Numbered from the stretch's first letter, positions 1 through 13,835 are shown. The stretch is 64,000 bases of DNA from Phoronis australis (GCA_002633005.1 NMRA01000465.1:290440-354439), one strand, 5' to 3'. Program-made: numbers and translations. The notes: a model not told the origin generated them from the sequence alone.

Positions 1-869
1 TCTTCAATAGAAAAAGTCCTACCCCGGACAAAGTTCGTTTCCATTAATTGTCCCCTTGTTTATTGCAAAGTTCCCTCGGGTTGTCACTCTTTTCAGTCCC
101 ACCACCGGTTGCCACCAGTGTGTTTCTTTTTTTTGAAAACATGCGCAATGAAAAAACTGCATGAGTGAAAATTCGCAAAAATCGATCATAAATTCTCGGA
201 ATTGTGAATGTGATTCCGGGTCAAACAGCGTTCACTGACATGACTGGGAGGTAAGATATTGCCAACGGAAGTTACTGCACTTTGACCAGGGTTGGAAGCA
301 CAATGCGTATTTCAGACTTTGCGTTTCCAGTCTCCGTAAGTTTTACATATTTATCTCCGTCTAACCATTCCACGTTCACAAATTCTGGAACACACCGATA
401 AATTTACACCAAACTCTTGACAATTGGATTTCTGCGGCGTTTCGGCGATCAGTATGTTTGTCCGGCCATCTTCAGGTGAAGTCACCCAAGCAGCCAACCA
501 ACACCCGTTTACACATCCTAAAGCACGTGGATGATCCATTGTACATCCACTAAAGCGCCAGACTGACAATCGAACATTCTTTCGTTCAAATCCTACCTTG
601 GGGCAAGGAATTTATTCTAAAAATGTTAAAAAGCGTTAAACACAGACCATCGCGACTTTGCAGCGTACGAATTAATATGAACGCTCAGTTATCCTAGAAG
701 GTGGCCGAAAAGTGACAACTCGAGACGTCGTGCCAATGTAAATAGGCTATACCTAGCTGTAAGTAAACCATTAGTTTTTAGAAATAGTGTTGCTACAGTA
801 CACCAAAACAATTTAGTAACACCTGGCTGATGGTAGTATTACGCACTTCAACTTTGTGTTACCTTTTAG

Positions 870-1115
870 CTCGTTGTCTTCCCCTTAATGAAAAAGAATG
901 TTTTGAGCGTTTTCGAAGAGGCGACTGTAAGAAACAATCCATATATATGAACTACCACTGCCGCCGGACCTGTCATCAACATATGTGTCCACTTGGTGTT
1001 TGCGAAAATAAACACAGCGATTGTGAGTTCTGGGGAAAGCAAGGAGAATGCCATGTCAATCCTAGCTACATGTGGGACGTATGTGCTAAGGCGTGTAAAA
1101 AGTATCTTTGTCAAG
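870..1115 (+). CDS. Gene 1 (poly-ShKT protein), internal exon A: two ShKT domains
   Basis: Acceptor ccttttag at 869, donor G|gtaagt at 1116; 246 nt, phase 1-1. Reads ARCLPLNEKECFERFRRGDCKKQSIYMNYHCRRTCHQHMCPLGVCENKHSDCEFWGKQGECHVNPSYMWDVCAKACKKYLCQ, i.e. 2 x six-Cys with the typical C..W...GEC..NP.YM...C...C motif. Confidence 0.92.
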
Positions 1116-2567
1116 GTAAGTAAGTAGCTGCGGAAACAGATGGTCGTTTTCTGGAAAAGATTCTATTATTTTCTCCACATTTTGAACCAAAAAACGACAT
1201 GGACTTGCAACTTTATTAAAAACAACAAACCTGTATGGGTACATGTAGGTGGAGTGCCATATTTATTTGAAATATCCACAAGCAACATTTTTCATTTGGA
1301 TAACAATGGCATTACTGCCCGAAAAGGGGTGGTCGTTTGCCCACAATGCAAGCTTAGTAACCAATCATGTTATAATGGACAGCGGAATGATCCCTTTTGC
1401 AGTGAAGTTAGTGGCACGTTTCACCTTCAGTATCCACTTCAAAGCGCAAGACAAAAATAATATCACGCCTGTTGATGTGTATGCTTAATAATGTTACGTT
1501 TTTAATGGCAAACCAACACCCAATCTGGAAAGAAGATCATTGGTTTTGTAACTAATGCAAGCGCACTAAATGTTTTTACGAGAAAACTAAATCACTTGAT
1601 GCTTAATAGGGTTTCGCACAATTTTCCAAAAAGCCACAATTCAGTCATTGCTTTCCGGCATCGTCTAATAAAAAAGTGAATAAGTCACCTGAGTACTACC
1701 GAAACGGGAGGAACTCAAAATTTGTGAACATGTTTAATTACACAGAAAATCAGTGAATCTGAATATGTGACATAAAACCTTTAGAGTACAGGATTGACGT
1801 CGCTTATTGAAATGATGCCAATTGCTTAATAGACGTTGTTTTAGAACGGAAACTTGCTTATTTTGGGATTGTTGGTGAATACGTGGAAGGACTTTGTGCG
1901 CAATCGGTTTCATCAAAACCGAAAATGCACTCAAGTTCCTGACTGCATTGACCTCTTTATTTGGAATATCACGTGAGTTGACTAACCTGATAGATGTCGC
2001 ATTAGAACTGTGCACTGACTTCGAATTAACAACAATGCAGTATACGCACGTTTGAGATTACAAATGTTGACATAAACTTAGAAGTAAAAGAGAATTATTT
2101 TGATGAGGGAATCAATCCTCGCCTTGTTGGGAGGACCACCCGTGACTGCTAAGTTGTTCGGCCTCATTTGTACGACCAAACATGGGTCACAATAGATTGA
2201 GAAAGTCCAGTCTCTGGTATGTTACTAGTCAATCCACAGAGCCACCTTTCGTGGCACTGGTTGACAATGCTGCTGCGACATGTTGCAATCCCTCAGTAAC
2301 ACAGTTTCCAGTAACTCATTTTCGTGAAGAATGAAGCCATAGTAGTAATCAGGTGTATCATCCCATTTTCCTTTTTGAATTCTGATAGCGTGATTGACAG
2401 CTGCAGATCTATTGACAGGATATCGGGTTAATGGAGACAAACTGGGCTTTTATCTAAACTTAAAAACCACGTGGCTATATAATAACCTATTGTGTTTTGT
2501 TGTATTTTGTTGCTTCAGTTGCCTTTGAAGTTTGATCAGCCGCTGAAGCATTTTTGTTTTCCATCAG

Positions 2568-2717
2568 CTGAGTCCGAATGGCCAAAAACAGAAATTTGCC
2601 AGAACAAATTAAGTGTGAAGAGGTGCGAAGAACTTGTTTCTTATGGAAATTGTATAACCGAAGCGATATCCATGGCCAACGATTGCTTCCGGTCTTGTAC
2701 CAGGTGCGCCAGAGACG
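2568..2717 (+). CDS. Gene 1 exon B: one ShKT domain
   Basis: Acceptor tttttgttttccatcag, donor G|gtacgg; 150 nt, phase 1-1. Reads AESEWPKTEICQNKLSVKRCEELVSYGNCITEAISMANDCFRSCTRCARD. Confidence 0.88.
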
Positions 2718-3524
2718 GTACGGAGTAGTTTTTCACGTCATTTGTTTTTGACCATGGTCATTTATATCTAGTGTACCTCAAACGTTCCATAGTTCACTGG
2801 GCTACAACTTCAACAATTTTGAACTCTCGTTTCTGAAACTTCGTATCAATGAAACTTGTTGTAACCTTACGCGTTTGTGAATGCAGGTCTTTCTTATTAC
2901 GATTTGAAGCGACACCAAATTGAATACTGCTAGTTGAAATTAAATATCAGAAAGGCTGTTGATCATCAATTTAATCAGTCACTTTAAAGTATTACCGTTG
3001 CTCGTGGTCTTTCTTACGTCCCTGATTGCTCATTTTCCACTGTTGCTGAACAGTCTAGTTGGTACAAGCATGTATTCAGGTAGACAGCCAGCTAATTTCT
3101 TTGGAGCTCTCGTTAGGAGTTGTTCAGTACGGCCAGGTTTAGCTCAAAGCTCGATGCTGGTTACCCGTACAAAATTTCACTGGCTCATTCATTACTTTGA
3201 TAGTAAACAACACAAATGTAGTACACTATGTTAGACTGAGTCAATGAGAGAAATAAGTTGTGATCAGGAGATGCACTAATTAATTTTCAATGACTACTGA
3301 ACCTATTTGGACAAGCACTTGGCTAACCTCGTTAATATTGGTGAGTCACGCATTTTACCTCATGCGACAACCGATCTAATCCAGTGGATAATTTTGAGTT
3401 TTATGCAACCCGTCTCATGAATATGTTCTGGGCAACAGTTTTGGATGGCGTAGCATTAGCCAGTAGCAGGCCATTAAAGTTAGTTCTGTCTGAACTGAAC
3501 TTAGACCCGGGCGTTACTTTCTAG

Positions 3525-3779
3525 ACGCTGATTGTGTTGACGGCTCGTACTTTTGTGACACCACCGCCCACTGCATAAACCGAGACCGATGGATACGGTT
3601 ATGTAGAAAGTCATGTGGCCTGTGTAGTGAAGAGGGCTCCATGCTTGTTTTACCCTGCGAAAACAGAGCTGGCAACCAGGCCTGCGTTAAGTGGGCTAAA
3701 GATGGCGAATGTACCTCGAACACTGTGTGGATGACTCACAACTGCAGGGAGGCTTGTGCACAGTGTGAAACGGAAACAT
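3525..3779 (+). CDS. Gene 1 exon C: two ShKT domains
   Basis: Acceptor ttactttctag, donor T|gtaagt; 255 nt, phase 1-1. Reads DADCVDGSYFCDTTAHCINRDRWIRLCRKSCGLCSEEGSMLVLPCENRAGNQACVKWAKDGECTSNTVWMTHNCREACAQCETET. Not in the ORF track. Confidence 0.92.
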
Positions 3780-4370
3780 GTAAGTCAAACATAAGTTGGT
3801 GAATTGTGGAATTGGTGGAATATAAACACGTGAGCCAAACACCAATTTCTTGGTGAGTCGTGGAACTCTGTGAAACTAAATCATATAAGCCAAACACAAA
3901 TCTATAGATGAATTGAGGAATATGTGAAACAGTAAGACATTAGTCTAACTGCAGTCGGCAGATCAACTCCGGAATGTGTGAAACGGAAATGTGCATGTGA
4001 ACCACTAATTGGTAAATGAAGTGTTGAGTCAAATAACAATCGGTAGACGAGTTCTGAAATATTTGAAACAGTAACATATCAAATGCAAATTTGTCGATGA
4101 ATTGAAAAAGACGTGCAACGGAAAGCTAAGTCAAACACCCGTTCATAGGTGAATTAATATGTGAAGTGGAAACATAAAAGACAATCACTAGTTAGAAGAT
4201 GCATTGAGAAATGTTTGAAAACAGAGTCATATAATGTGAAACACCATTTGGAAGTTGAGCAGTGCAATGAGTGAACGTGAGTCAAATACCACTAGGTAGA
4301 CGACTTGTTAAATGTGTGAGACTTAAACGGGTAAGTTAATCATCATCTGGTATAGGGAATGAGGAATCTG
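3763..4370 (+). repeat. Degenerate ~54 bp minisatellite (~12 units) beginning in the 3' end of exon C
   Basis: Recurring units of approximate consensus RTGTGAAACRGWAACAYRTRAGTCAAACACCARTYGGTAGAYGARTTGAGGAAT, aligned by eye. Confidence 0.75.
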
Positions 4371-4399
4371 AGAGTAATATTTTTTGCTCTCAGATATTT

Positions 4400-5640
4400 T
4401 TGTTAGATAACCAAGTAAGTGATTACGTAACAAAACAAGTCCTTACAGACATGTATCACCGGTTGTACTTAGTGTATCTAGAACAGAATAAGCCACATTC
4501 AAACTTTTCACACATGCGCACACACGAAACCTGCTTACATTGTAACAATATTTTTCCATATGACACAAATATTTTCTTGCTTTTTCTCCTTTTTCGATCC
4601 ATCTACAACCAGCTCTTAACATTGCTCCTTTAATATATAGCGTATATTTTCTAATTCGCGGGTTAGTTTCAGTAACTCTTCCTCGGCTTCCTGAGAAAAA
4701 TTATGTGGCAAAATAAAGTTTAAAGTTCGGTTTTGCTTCTTTTTATTTCCTGAAAAGTGAATTGTCATTGTTCTTATATTATTCAGCACTACTTCAAAAA
4801 GAAGTTTATCACCAATTGAAAACTGAGAACAATCTTTAAATTCAGTGTGTTCGGTAAGATTTACCTTATACTCATTAACAGTATTTGCAATGACTTATTT
4901 TACTTTAGTAAGATACATCTTGTCAGACAAGAGTTGTTAAGTTCCCAAAATCCAGGTCCGTTTTTAAAACTGTAACATTTCAAAGTTGCTACAATAGCTG
5001 AGTGGTAAGTTCTATATCCAGGAAGAATAGTTAGTTTTTCCAGAAACGCCTAAAGTTCCTCGCTAACTATGATTAGTCCAACCTAGCCCACTTACGTAAT
5101 TTCTTTTAAAACGTGTTTAATTTTTTCTTTCAGGATGCCTCACACTCCAACGGTCAACCAAATTTAACCCGGCTTTCAACTCGCAAACTTTTTATTAGGT
5201 AAAGGACTGTTGTTGCACTTATGGTTACAACAGTCTAAATTATAATCCTGGGCAACGTTCCAATCCCCACAAAGAATCACAAACTCTGATGCAAATTCAT
5301 CTACTTGACTTCTGAGACGTTGGAAAAAGAGGCGCCATCTTCATTAGAATCATAGATGTTAAAATAGATATGTTGAATTTTTACTCGACTATCAAATCTA
5401 TAGCTAAAAAATTCCCGGACCAGTCATGTTTGATATAAGAAGCATTGTACTCAATGTTGTTAGCAAAAAATATACCGGTAGTACAGTAACTCCTCTAGAA
5501 TTACTCGACCCAGGGCAGCTGTAACATCCAAACCCCCATTGGCTTTTAACAGTGTCTCTCATTTGTGGTGAAAAGTGGGTATCCCGCAAACAATAGGTGC
5601 TACAATTTTTATTTTTTAAGTAATCAAAAACATCTTGGAG
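4400..5640 (-). mobile_element. Decayed L1/Tx1-type LINE, AP-endonuclease region
   Basis: Minus-strand translations RDTHF...SSNSRGVTVL and EFVILCGDWNVAQD (GDFN-like APE motif); many stops and frameshifts. Confidence 0.75.
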
Positions 5641-7779
5641 TAAAAAAGTCTTGGAGTAATATTAGTCATTAAAGAATGTGCGAAACGGGGAAATACCGCA
5701 TTTGCCAATTGTTCGACCCAAGGTCATGATAGAATGTGCTCCACTTTTGATATTCTTTGTTTCGCAGTTATGTAGTATCTGAATAAAGTGGCAGACCCAG
5801 CTGGTACAGGAGACACGTCTTCTATTGAAGACCCGACGAGTATAAAACTCGGGGTATGAAATTCTCTTGCATCTATTAACAATTGTCTTCGATTAGAAAC
5901 CCAGCTTCTGTTCGAAGCTTTAAGGTCTAAGCCCATGGATTCACTCACTTTCCAGGGATGACTTAAAGACGTTCCCGAAATCACGCCCATGGCTTATATT
6001 AGAAAATAAGGCAAGATCTATTAGGACACAAGGCAAGTCACATTTCTTGTGTTCTTCGCCAATCAATATTGACCACAATCAACACTTGAGTTTAATACAT
6101 ATTGACTGTCTAAAACCATACTATAACCAATGAAGGATTAGTAATGTTTCGCTGGCGGACCTGAGATCAAACATTGGGGGCTAAGCCAAAGTTTTTGAAG
6201 TGACAAGACAGCGCAAACTTCTATATATTATATGTTGGAGTCGTTTTCTTTTTGCCACGCCCAGTTTTGGAGTGACCGGAACCCGGTTGCATGAAACAAT
6301 CCTGGATGGTTCTAAACTACGTCCCTTAAAATTTCAGCGCTTTTGTAAACATCGTTTTCTCACTAGTGTTAAATCTCCCCATCATTTTTGTTTTGTTGTG
6401 AGCTCCTCTATTGCTTGTGACATTTTCTAATAATTCAAATTAGAGTTTAGAGTTACTGGTTGTCAAAGCTTAAACTTGAAGTAGCAATGAAGATAGATTT
6501 GCAGGAATTGAATGAAGAACAATTAGTGTGTACTCAAAATCCCAAAATGTACGGAACATAGTCAAGTTTTTGTTAGGACTATATCAAGCATCTGGGGACT
6601 GGGACTCCAGGACCCCAAATTCCACCAATGAGTTCTAACATGGTATTCGTCAAATCAATGTGTTTCCTGTAAAAATGTTTTAACATTAAAAAATTTACAG
6701 TTCCACGGCAAACGTCATCCTGATCCCTTTAATAACATTATATTGCTGTCTTTTCTTTTGGATATAGGCAGTTACATCGTTGTTGGGGGAGTATTGGCGA
6801 TTGCGTGCCCCTATAAATAGTTACTCATTTCAAAATACAAAGAATAACGTTGGCCGAACCACATATAAGCACAGTGAGTTATCTTGAAGTGAGTATATTT
6901 TTATGGGGTATATTATCGCTTGTGTACGACCGCGGCGTCCACAGGTGGGTATCTGCTAATATGCTCATCAAACATCCGCAAACGACAAGGATCGTTTTCA
7001 CACTTCCTTTACCGGAAAACGACAAATTCGTTGACTGGACTGTTGAGGGCGTTAGGTTTGAAAAGGTGCTTGAATTTTACTTTTCTTGTTTTGTCACGAA
7101 AAAGACATCCCACTACTCCATAAAGTTCTCGAGTCTGAGTAAGTCTTGGAAGGACTTGAGTAAAGTTTGGTTGTTTGCCATTTTTAAGCGCCCACATATA
7201 CGCGCGGGTACCCTTATACATTCTTGTCATCTCTGTACGTCCGGCCTGCGTCCTCTTCTACGTGTATATTTTCTAAACGACTTGCCGAATCTCCTGTGAA
7301 TTTACCAGATACTTGCATGTTTCTGTCAATGAGGCTGGCAACAGATAATTACTATTTCTAGACTGAACCGACTCCTGGTGCGTACAATTGTAAAAAGTGT
7401 ATTTTTTTACTTTTGTCTCTGTATCGGCCCAATTCCTTGACGGATTTCCAAGGATTTCGGTAGACGAATTTCTATTCAGGTGACCACAGCACCGACATTC
7501 CGAAATTCCTGTGAATTTGACGATGTCCACCTCCCTATCCCTCAAACTGCTTTGTTTCGTTGATAAACAAATGTGGTTCTATGGAGAAGATAACGACAGC
7601 TGCAACAACTCTGGTCGCTTCCAGTAATACGGCTTTTTGTATCCGCAGCTGTATCTTTTTAACAATTTTGAAATTTGGCAGGTGTATTCCTATAAATCGT
7701 AGTCTGGATCGATTTCAATATCACCGAGCCATAAATTGGCCATTTTCTTACTTGGCGGAATTCTTCCGCCAAGTATGTT

Positions 7780-8150
7780 GGTCTGACAGAAAGTTTTTTT
7801 TGTTTGTTTGCTCTCTACAGGTCGCAATTTTGGTCCGATTTTCACGAAATTTGCACACAACATGTAGATCTGGAAGTACTAGAACGCTATTGTTTTTGGT
7901 TATGATCAGATACAAAATGGCGGACGTGGCGGCCATTTTGTATCCGATTTCACAGTCAAATACTCGTTTTTTGTACCTTCGCAGTTCCTTGGTGGACTTT
8001 TAAAAATTTTGGCAAATATCTCTCTTTTAAGGAGATACCTATGCGTTTTCATTTTAGACAAATTCCACGTAATCTGCGCCACTTAGCAGCCATTTTATTT
8101 ATTTGCGAGTGTTGTTTTTGGTGTCTGTCCCGCCGTCACCAATCATCAAT
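7780..8150 (+). repeat. Fragment related to the HINE-type repeat family
   Basis: Hairpin tacaaaatggcggacgtggcggccattttgta, plus a gcgccacttagcagccatttt unit similar to those at 16.1-17.5 kb. Confidence 0.5.
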
Positions 8151-8529
8151 TTAATTACTCTCGAGTCTCGTTTTGTTGTCCTCCTCGCCATATGTCAAAT
8201 CGCTTATGAACATTTGCAGATGGACTCCTGCTGAAAAGACCATTTCTAACGTTAATTTTTGAACCGCTCCGACTGCTGTGGCGCATACGGCTTGATGTAT
8301 TTGCACGCACCTAACTATGCTAATGTTTAGCAGAAACTAAACGACAATGCTATTTTAACATAATCTACGCTAACAAAGTGCATTTGTATTTGTTGTCAAC
8401 TTGTAAAAGAGAAAACAAAAAATCTCCAAACAGTTGACCTTTGCACTAATGACGTACCTCGCGGGCTCACATTGTGCAGTCTCATTCTCCAACACCACGT
8501 CACGATTCTTACTTGACACTGTTCAGTGA

Positions 8530-9740
8530 TTTGCGGAACAACATTTTCGCTTAAAAACTCGTTCTTAATAACATTTGTCATATTCTTAAGTTTATTTGAA
8601 TAACAAAATTGAGAGTGTGAAGAGAGAATTCTGATGTATTAATTAAAACTTATGAGTGAAAATGATGTATATATTTTTGACAAGTCTTCAAAAATTTCAT
8701 GAATAAAAAGACTACTTACATTTGAAACAAAACGGGTGAAATTATTTGAACATAAATCGGCAATTGCAAAGTCAAATATTATAAATTTTGGAAATGATCA
8801 TATTAGAAATCATACCGAAGTAGTCAATCCTTTTTGGAACGAAGTTCTAAGTAGGATAACTGGTCCTTTTTCGTAAGTAAACAGATGCGAATGATTTACT
8901 CTCAACACGTTTATGACACAAGGATGAAATAATAAGACAGAAAATCTATCACAATTGCAGTTTAAAATTAATACCTTTTAATATCCGTATTTTTTAAACT
9001 GTCCGTCAATATATAAAATGTCATAATTATGAAATTGTTCGCAGAACAAAAGTTTGCCTATTGCCTAAAAAGGATTCAAAAGAAAAAGGTTACAACTTTG
9101 AAAGTGATGAGTGGAAAAATGTATTTTCATTGTATTTTAAATCTATTTTCGATTTCAAGTTATGTACACTGCAGTTTAAACTATTACACAGAATACTAGC
9201 AACGAACTCTTTTCTTAAAAAATAACTTTATGGACTCTGATGTTTGTACTTTCTACCAGTCAAAAATTGAAACAATATATCACACCCTTTTCAAATACAA
9301 TAATATAAAATATTGATAGAAGAATAACGCAGTTAGGTGTTGTGGGTAAAAAGTACGAAGTTGATTGACAAAAACAGTGATTTTGGCTGACCCATAAGTA
9401 ACTAAAATAAAGTTTTAAACTCGATTATTTTGAAATTAGAATATTTTATTTACGTATCTAAATGTAAAAAATAATTCACAGCATCTGTCAATTACGTAAG
9501 ATATTAGAAGGAGAATTTAATATTCAAAGAAGAACTTTATTAAATAATGATGAATGAATACCGGGTAACCAGCAGAACCATAACTTTTCCTGACAACATC
9601 GTAGCTAAAGTGGGCGGGTATGTTGAGAGGAGCGGGTGTGTGCATGCGTCCGTGTGGTGAGAGTGAGATGGGCTTACGTTTTTTGTCTCTCATGTCTTTG
9701 TATTTATGTTCTTTATACCAATAGGGAAATTTAAAAAAAG
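8530..9740 (+). mobile_element. Decayed L1/Tx1-type LINE 3' end
   Basis: LQFKLLHRILATNSFLKK followed by a decayed C..C...ETI.H zinc-binding motif; A-rich end near 9735. Confidence 0.7.
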
Positions 9741-10332
9741 TCCAACCTACTTCATATTAACATCGTCGCTATATGTTGTGCGTCAAAGTAATTAGGTCAG
9801 GCAATCTCGGAGACAAAGAATTAGCGTGCAAGTTTCACTTTCATGAAGGTGACAAGGGATGACGACTTGTTTCGGAAGGATCCGACATTTTTACTTTAGC
9901 TTTTGTATATTAACAGTTCCTTGACGGTTTTCATGAAATTCAGCTAAGGGATTATACTTGGGAGGCTAATATGCTTTGCCATTTTTGGACGGGTTCGACG
10001 TATTCTGTGCCACATAGTGACCATCGTATGATACTAATGAACAATAGAGTCATACAGTTTGCGGTGCAGTCGTGGGCGTGTTTCTACTGTAGTTACCAGA
10101 GTATTAATAGACGCAATGAGAAAGTTTTCCGCATTCATCGGTGCATTGTTGCAGCGACGATTACGTATGAGTGTAATTTTTGCGAGAAGATTGTAAAGCG
10201 ATTTCACAGGATGATGAGTGTAAAATGTATAAGAATATCATCCGATCTGCGCCTTTACTTTTGGAATCAAACCGTGTTCCCCACATTGGATGTTGTGTAA
10301 AAGTCAAAATATCTCATTCTCCATTGTTGCAG

Positions 10333-10491
10333 GTTATGATCGTTTTCAAGACAGAAACTGCAAGAAAATTAAAGACATGGGGGAGTGCGAAAACGTCAGT
10401 CCATTCCGCCCGTTTATTGCCAAGAATTATTGCGCCAAAACTTGCAATCTCTGCGACAAAGAAATTGATCCACCTTTTGGAGCGCCACAAG
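10333..10491 (+). CDS. Gene 1 exon D: one ShKT domain (first Cys codon split T|GT)
   Basis: Acceptor ccattgttgcag, donor G|gtacaa; 159 nt, phase 1-1. Reads (C)YDRFQDRNCKKIKDMGECENVSPFRPFIAKNYCAKTCNLCDKEIDPPFGAPQ. Confidence 0.88.
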
Positions 10492-11258
10492 GTACAAGTG
10501 TGATTTAAATAATTTAAGTGTGGAGTGCTGTTAAGATCATGCAAAAATCCGTACATAGAGGATAACACTTTGTCACGGATCATACTATGCGTTTTAGGTT
10601 ACTTTCAAATGGTTATTATTACTAAGATGCAGTTGAAACAAATTTGATGCCGTTGATTAGCTTAAGTAGGTACCTCCAGTTTTTAATGGGAATCAGATCA
10701 GTGTAGTTGCGACCAGCGGTGTTGTAAGTCGTTCTTTTTGAAGCTACTGGATAATTAAATGTTTTGTATTTTGGATAAAATCATTTATTGCCTTAGAAAC
10801 ATGAAAAACGCATTTCTTGAAATTTAGCCTTGAATTTCACACTTTGGGGTCGGAGTATGCTAGGGTCAAAGAGCAACAATGAAGAAAACTTATCGTGCTT
10901 TGCATGTGTGAATCTCAGCTGATGTCATGTTTGCACATTAGAACTTCAATATGTTTTTGACCTCTATTGTAAAACTTAAATTCGGTTTCTTCAGTGACAG
11001 CACTGCTTTCAAAGAGGCCGTCAACAACAAAATATGAAACAGTAATATAGCACAATAAAATATTAAAAAACAATAATTAAATACATGTAACGAAGAAATT
11101 GTTAAAATATGTTGAGAATTTAGATACTAAATGAATGATGAAAATTTGACTAAAAGAGATGAAATAAATAAAGAGATGATACTAAATAATGAGAGTATGT
11201 ACAGTAATGAAAAATAACATAATTCAGACAGATTAAGTAAGAATGGGTCAGTAAATTA

Positions 11259-11264
11259 CAGCAG

Positions 11265-11349
<85 letters not shown>

Positions 11350-11357
11350 AGCAGCAA
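11259..11357. repeat. (CAG)n microsatellite with interruptions, intronic
   Basis: About 30 CAG/AAG/CAA triplets seen directly. Confidence 0.95.
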
Positions 11358-11779
11358 AAGATCTGTTGCTGGTCTTGGTTTTAATATTTTAAAAGAATCG
11401 TTACCAAAAACGAATGCACGTTGTGAGTATAGAGCTTGATTGCTACTGAATTTACGGCTAGGTATGGTGGAGCAAGGTCATTGACACATCTGTACATGCA
11501 GCAGGCAGGTATATGTATTTATATGTTTTGCTTCATAAATTCAAACTTGGACTTCAAGTCGTCGACCCGTGTGTCCCCGGGTCTAGTAACCAGCCCTGGT
11601 TGCTCTATTTGTGATTAGTGTGTCGTTGTTATGTCCGCAAACCGGTAAACAATAAACAATATGATGCTGAATAATAGGATGGTAAAGTGTCTTAAGAGTG
11701 CTGACATTAAGAAATTAACATAGACATTTAATTACGTCGATTTTCTTTAATAGTTTCTTTGCTATGTGATGTTTGTGCA

Positions 11780-13000
11780 TATTAATTTTAAGGTTTGCAA
11801 CTAAAACAATCCCAATTACTTAAACTTGTCGACACTCTGCATAGGGAAACTGTTTACACTAAAGAGACAGATTCTTTTGTTTTCGTTTCTGGTGGGTTCC
11901 CTACAGTATACCCTAGTTTTCCTAACGTTAAGAGTGAGTTTATTTTGAAGCAGCCAAGCATGCCGGATAAGGGCTAGCTCATCGTTGAGAGAAGTTTCAA
12001 GTTATGTTACTGATCCAGTTGTGGACATAATTGCAGTGCCATCAGCATATAAAACTGGTACACTGTTGTGGAGGATAGTAAGTAGATGGTTAACAAAAAT
12101 AGTGAATAACAGAGGGATCAGAATGGAGCCCTGAGGTACGCCCGTGATAACGGTTGAGAAGTCCGTAAGAATATTACCGTATTTGGTAGCCTGTTTGCTG
12201 TCGTATTAGCTTTTAAACCAAAAGAGTTCGTTTTTGTTAGCTCCACAGGACTCGAGTTTCTTTAATAGGGTACCATGGTCCACGTTGTCTTAAGGTCAAC
12301 AAAAATCTGGAAGCCTTTACTGATCCATATTCATTTGTTAAAGATAAAATCAGTCGCTTGAATGATTGTAGTCAGAGTAGAATGTTGGGGGCGGAAAGCA
12401 GTCTGTACTGTCGATAGAATGGAAATTTCCTCCAGGAACTGGTGAAGCTGCTTTTGGACACACTTTTCAAGAAATTTGAACACTGCAGAACGGACCGATA
12501 TTGGTCTATAATTATCGCAACTAGACTTGTCACCGTCTTTAAAAACAGGAGTAACTACCGCCGTCTTCCATTTATTAGGAACTGTGGCCGTTTTTCAACT
12601 TTAACTTAAAAGTTTATGATATTGGTAGGGGGCTCAATTCCAGTTGAACTATGGGACGTGATTATTAGTTACACCGATGAAGCTTTGCTTGAAAATGGAC
12701 CAAGCGATATCGGGGTCATCAGCTGTGGTAAGGGCGCCCCAATCAATTGCATGTAGCACTTGTTAATTCATGGCGGAAACTTAGGAAGACAAGTCTTATA
12801 CGCTGTGAATACAAGATTATGATCACTAATCCCAATGGGTATACTATCAAACTTAAACATTTTTGTCAATATCCAACTCCATGTCCACAAACATACGCGT
12901 TTCTTGTATAAACTTGAGACACATCCGCGCTTCTCCGGTGTTCCGTGGGAAAGTGAAGAGATCGCAAATATCAACGCTTCCACATTCCTTATTATACCAC
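11780..13000 (-). mobile_element. Decayed CR1/L2-type LINE (endonuclease end and RT)
   Basis: Minus strand TGVPQGSILIPLLFTIFVNHL...VLYADGTAI and ISDHNLVF; frameshifted. Confidence 0.8.
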
Positions 13001-13522
13001 AAAAGACAGGGAAACAAGTACGATGTCTAATCGGACGGCTTTCACACTAAACACAATGGAGGATGGCCAGTGCTGTAATGGGTCGACTCGATTTTACGTA
13101 ATTATATGTTTCGACCAAGAAATGCTCCTACCTCGAGATCAGCTAATTTACACATCATCAGATAGTGTTTGGTGTGTCCTATCTTAACAGCTGCTCGATT
13201 GGTGGGATTGTTTTTGGTGTTTTTGATATGCACTTGGCGATTTTAAGCAGTCAGATATATTAGTCTTGCTAATGATGTACGGTACTACAAATTGATACGG
13301 CAACGTCTTACGGAGACTACAGTGTAAGGAATGTTATACCGAATGGTCTTGGTCTACTCTGCTTGTACGTGATGCAAAATATCAACGCATGATGTAATTA
13401 AGTAGTCCAAATTGTGAAGGATTAAACACTTCAATACGTACAAGTACAAGTACGTCTGCGAATGCTCCCTGTTGAATCAGTGAAAAACAGTCCATTTATT
13501 AACATAGAAGACTTAATCAAAA

Positions 13523-13682
13523 GCGGTTGCGGATCCAGGATTTTGAGTTAGGGAGGACGAGGGCAGAGTATTAGCTAGTAGGCCTTTGCCCTTCTGAAAT
13601 TCGCACTCCGAACTGCCAAATGGAATCTGGGAGAATTTTTGGGGGGCATGGCCCCCTTGACCCCCTATAAATCCGACACTGA
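13523..13682. mobile_element. Short MITE-like element
   Basis: Imperfect inverted termini cggttgcggatccagg ... aaatccgacactg, with G/C-run interior. Related ends occur near 39338-39640 and 53840-54010. Confidence 0.5.
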
Positions 13683-13835
13683 AGCTGTGCATATAAATGA
13701 ATGGATTACGTTTATTTGTTAATTTCTTGGAAAAAAGCACGGAATCGTTTGGTTGATGTAGATGATGCATGTGCCTCTAAATACGGGGACAGTATTACAT
13801 TATATGACCGTTTAGTACCCCTTGTTTAGTTCCAG

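Noticed and set aside
3763-4370. Regularly spaced repeats as a CRISPR-like array
   Set aside because: Whole units are homologous and degenerate, with no constant repeat plus unique spacer; the context is a spliceosomal intron and no cas genes are present.
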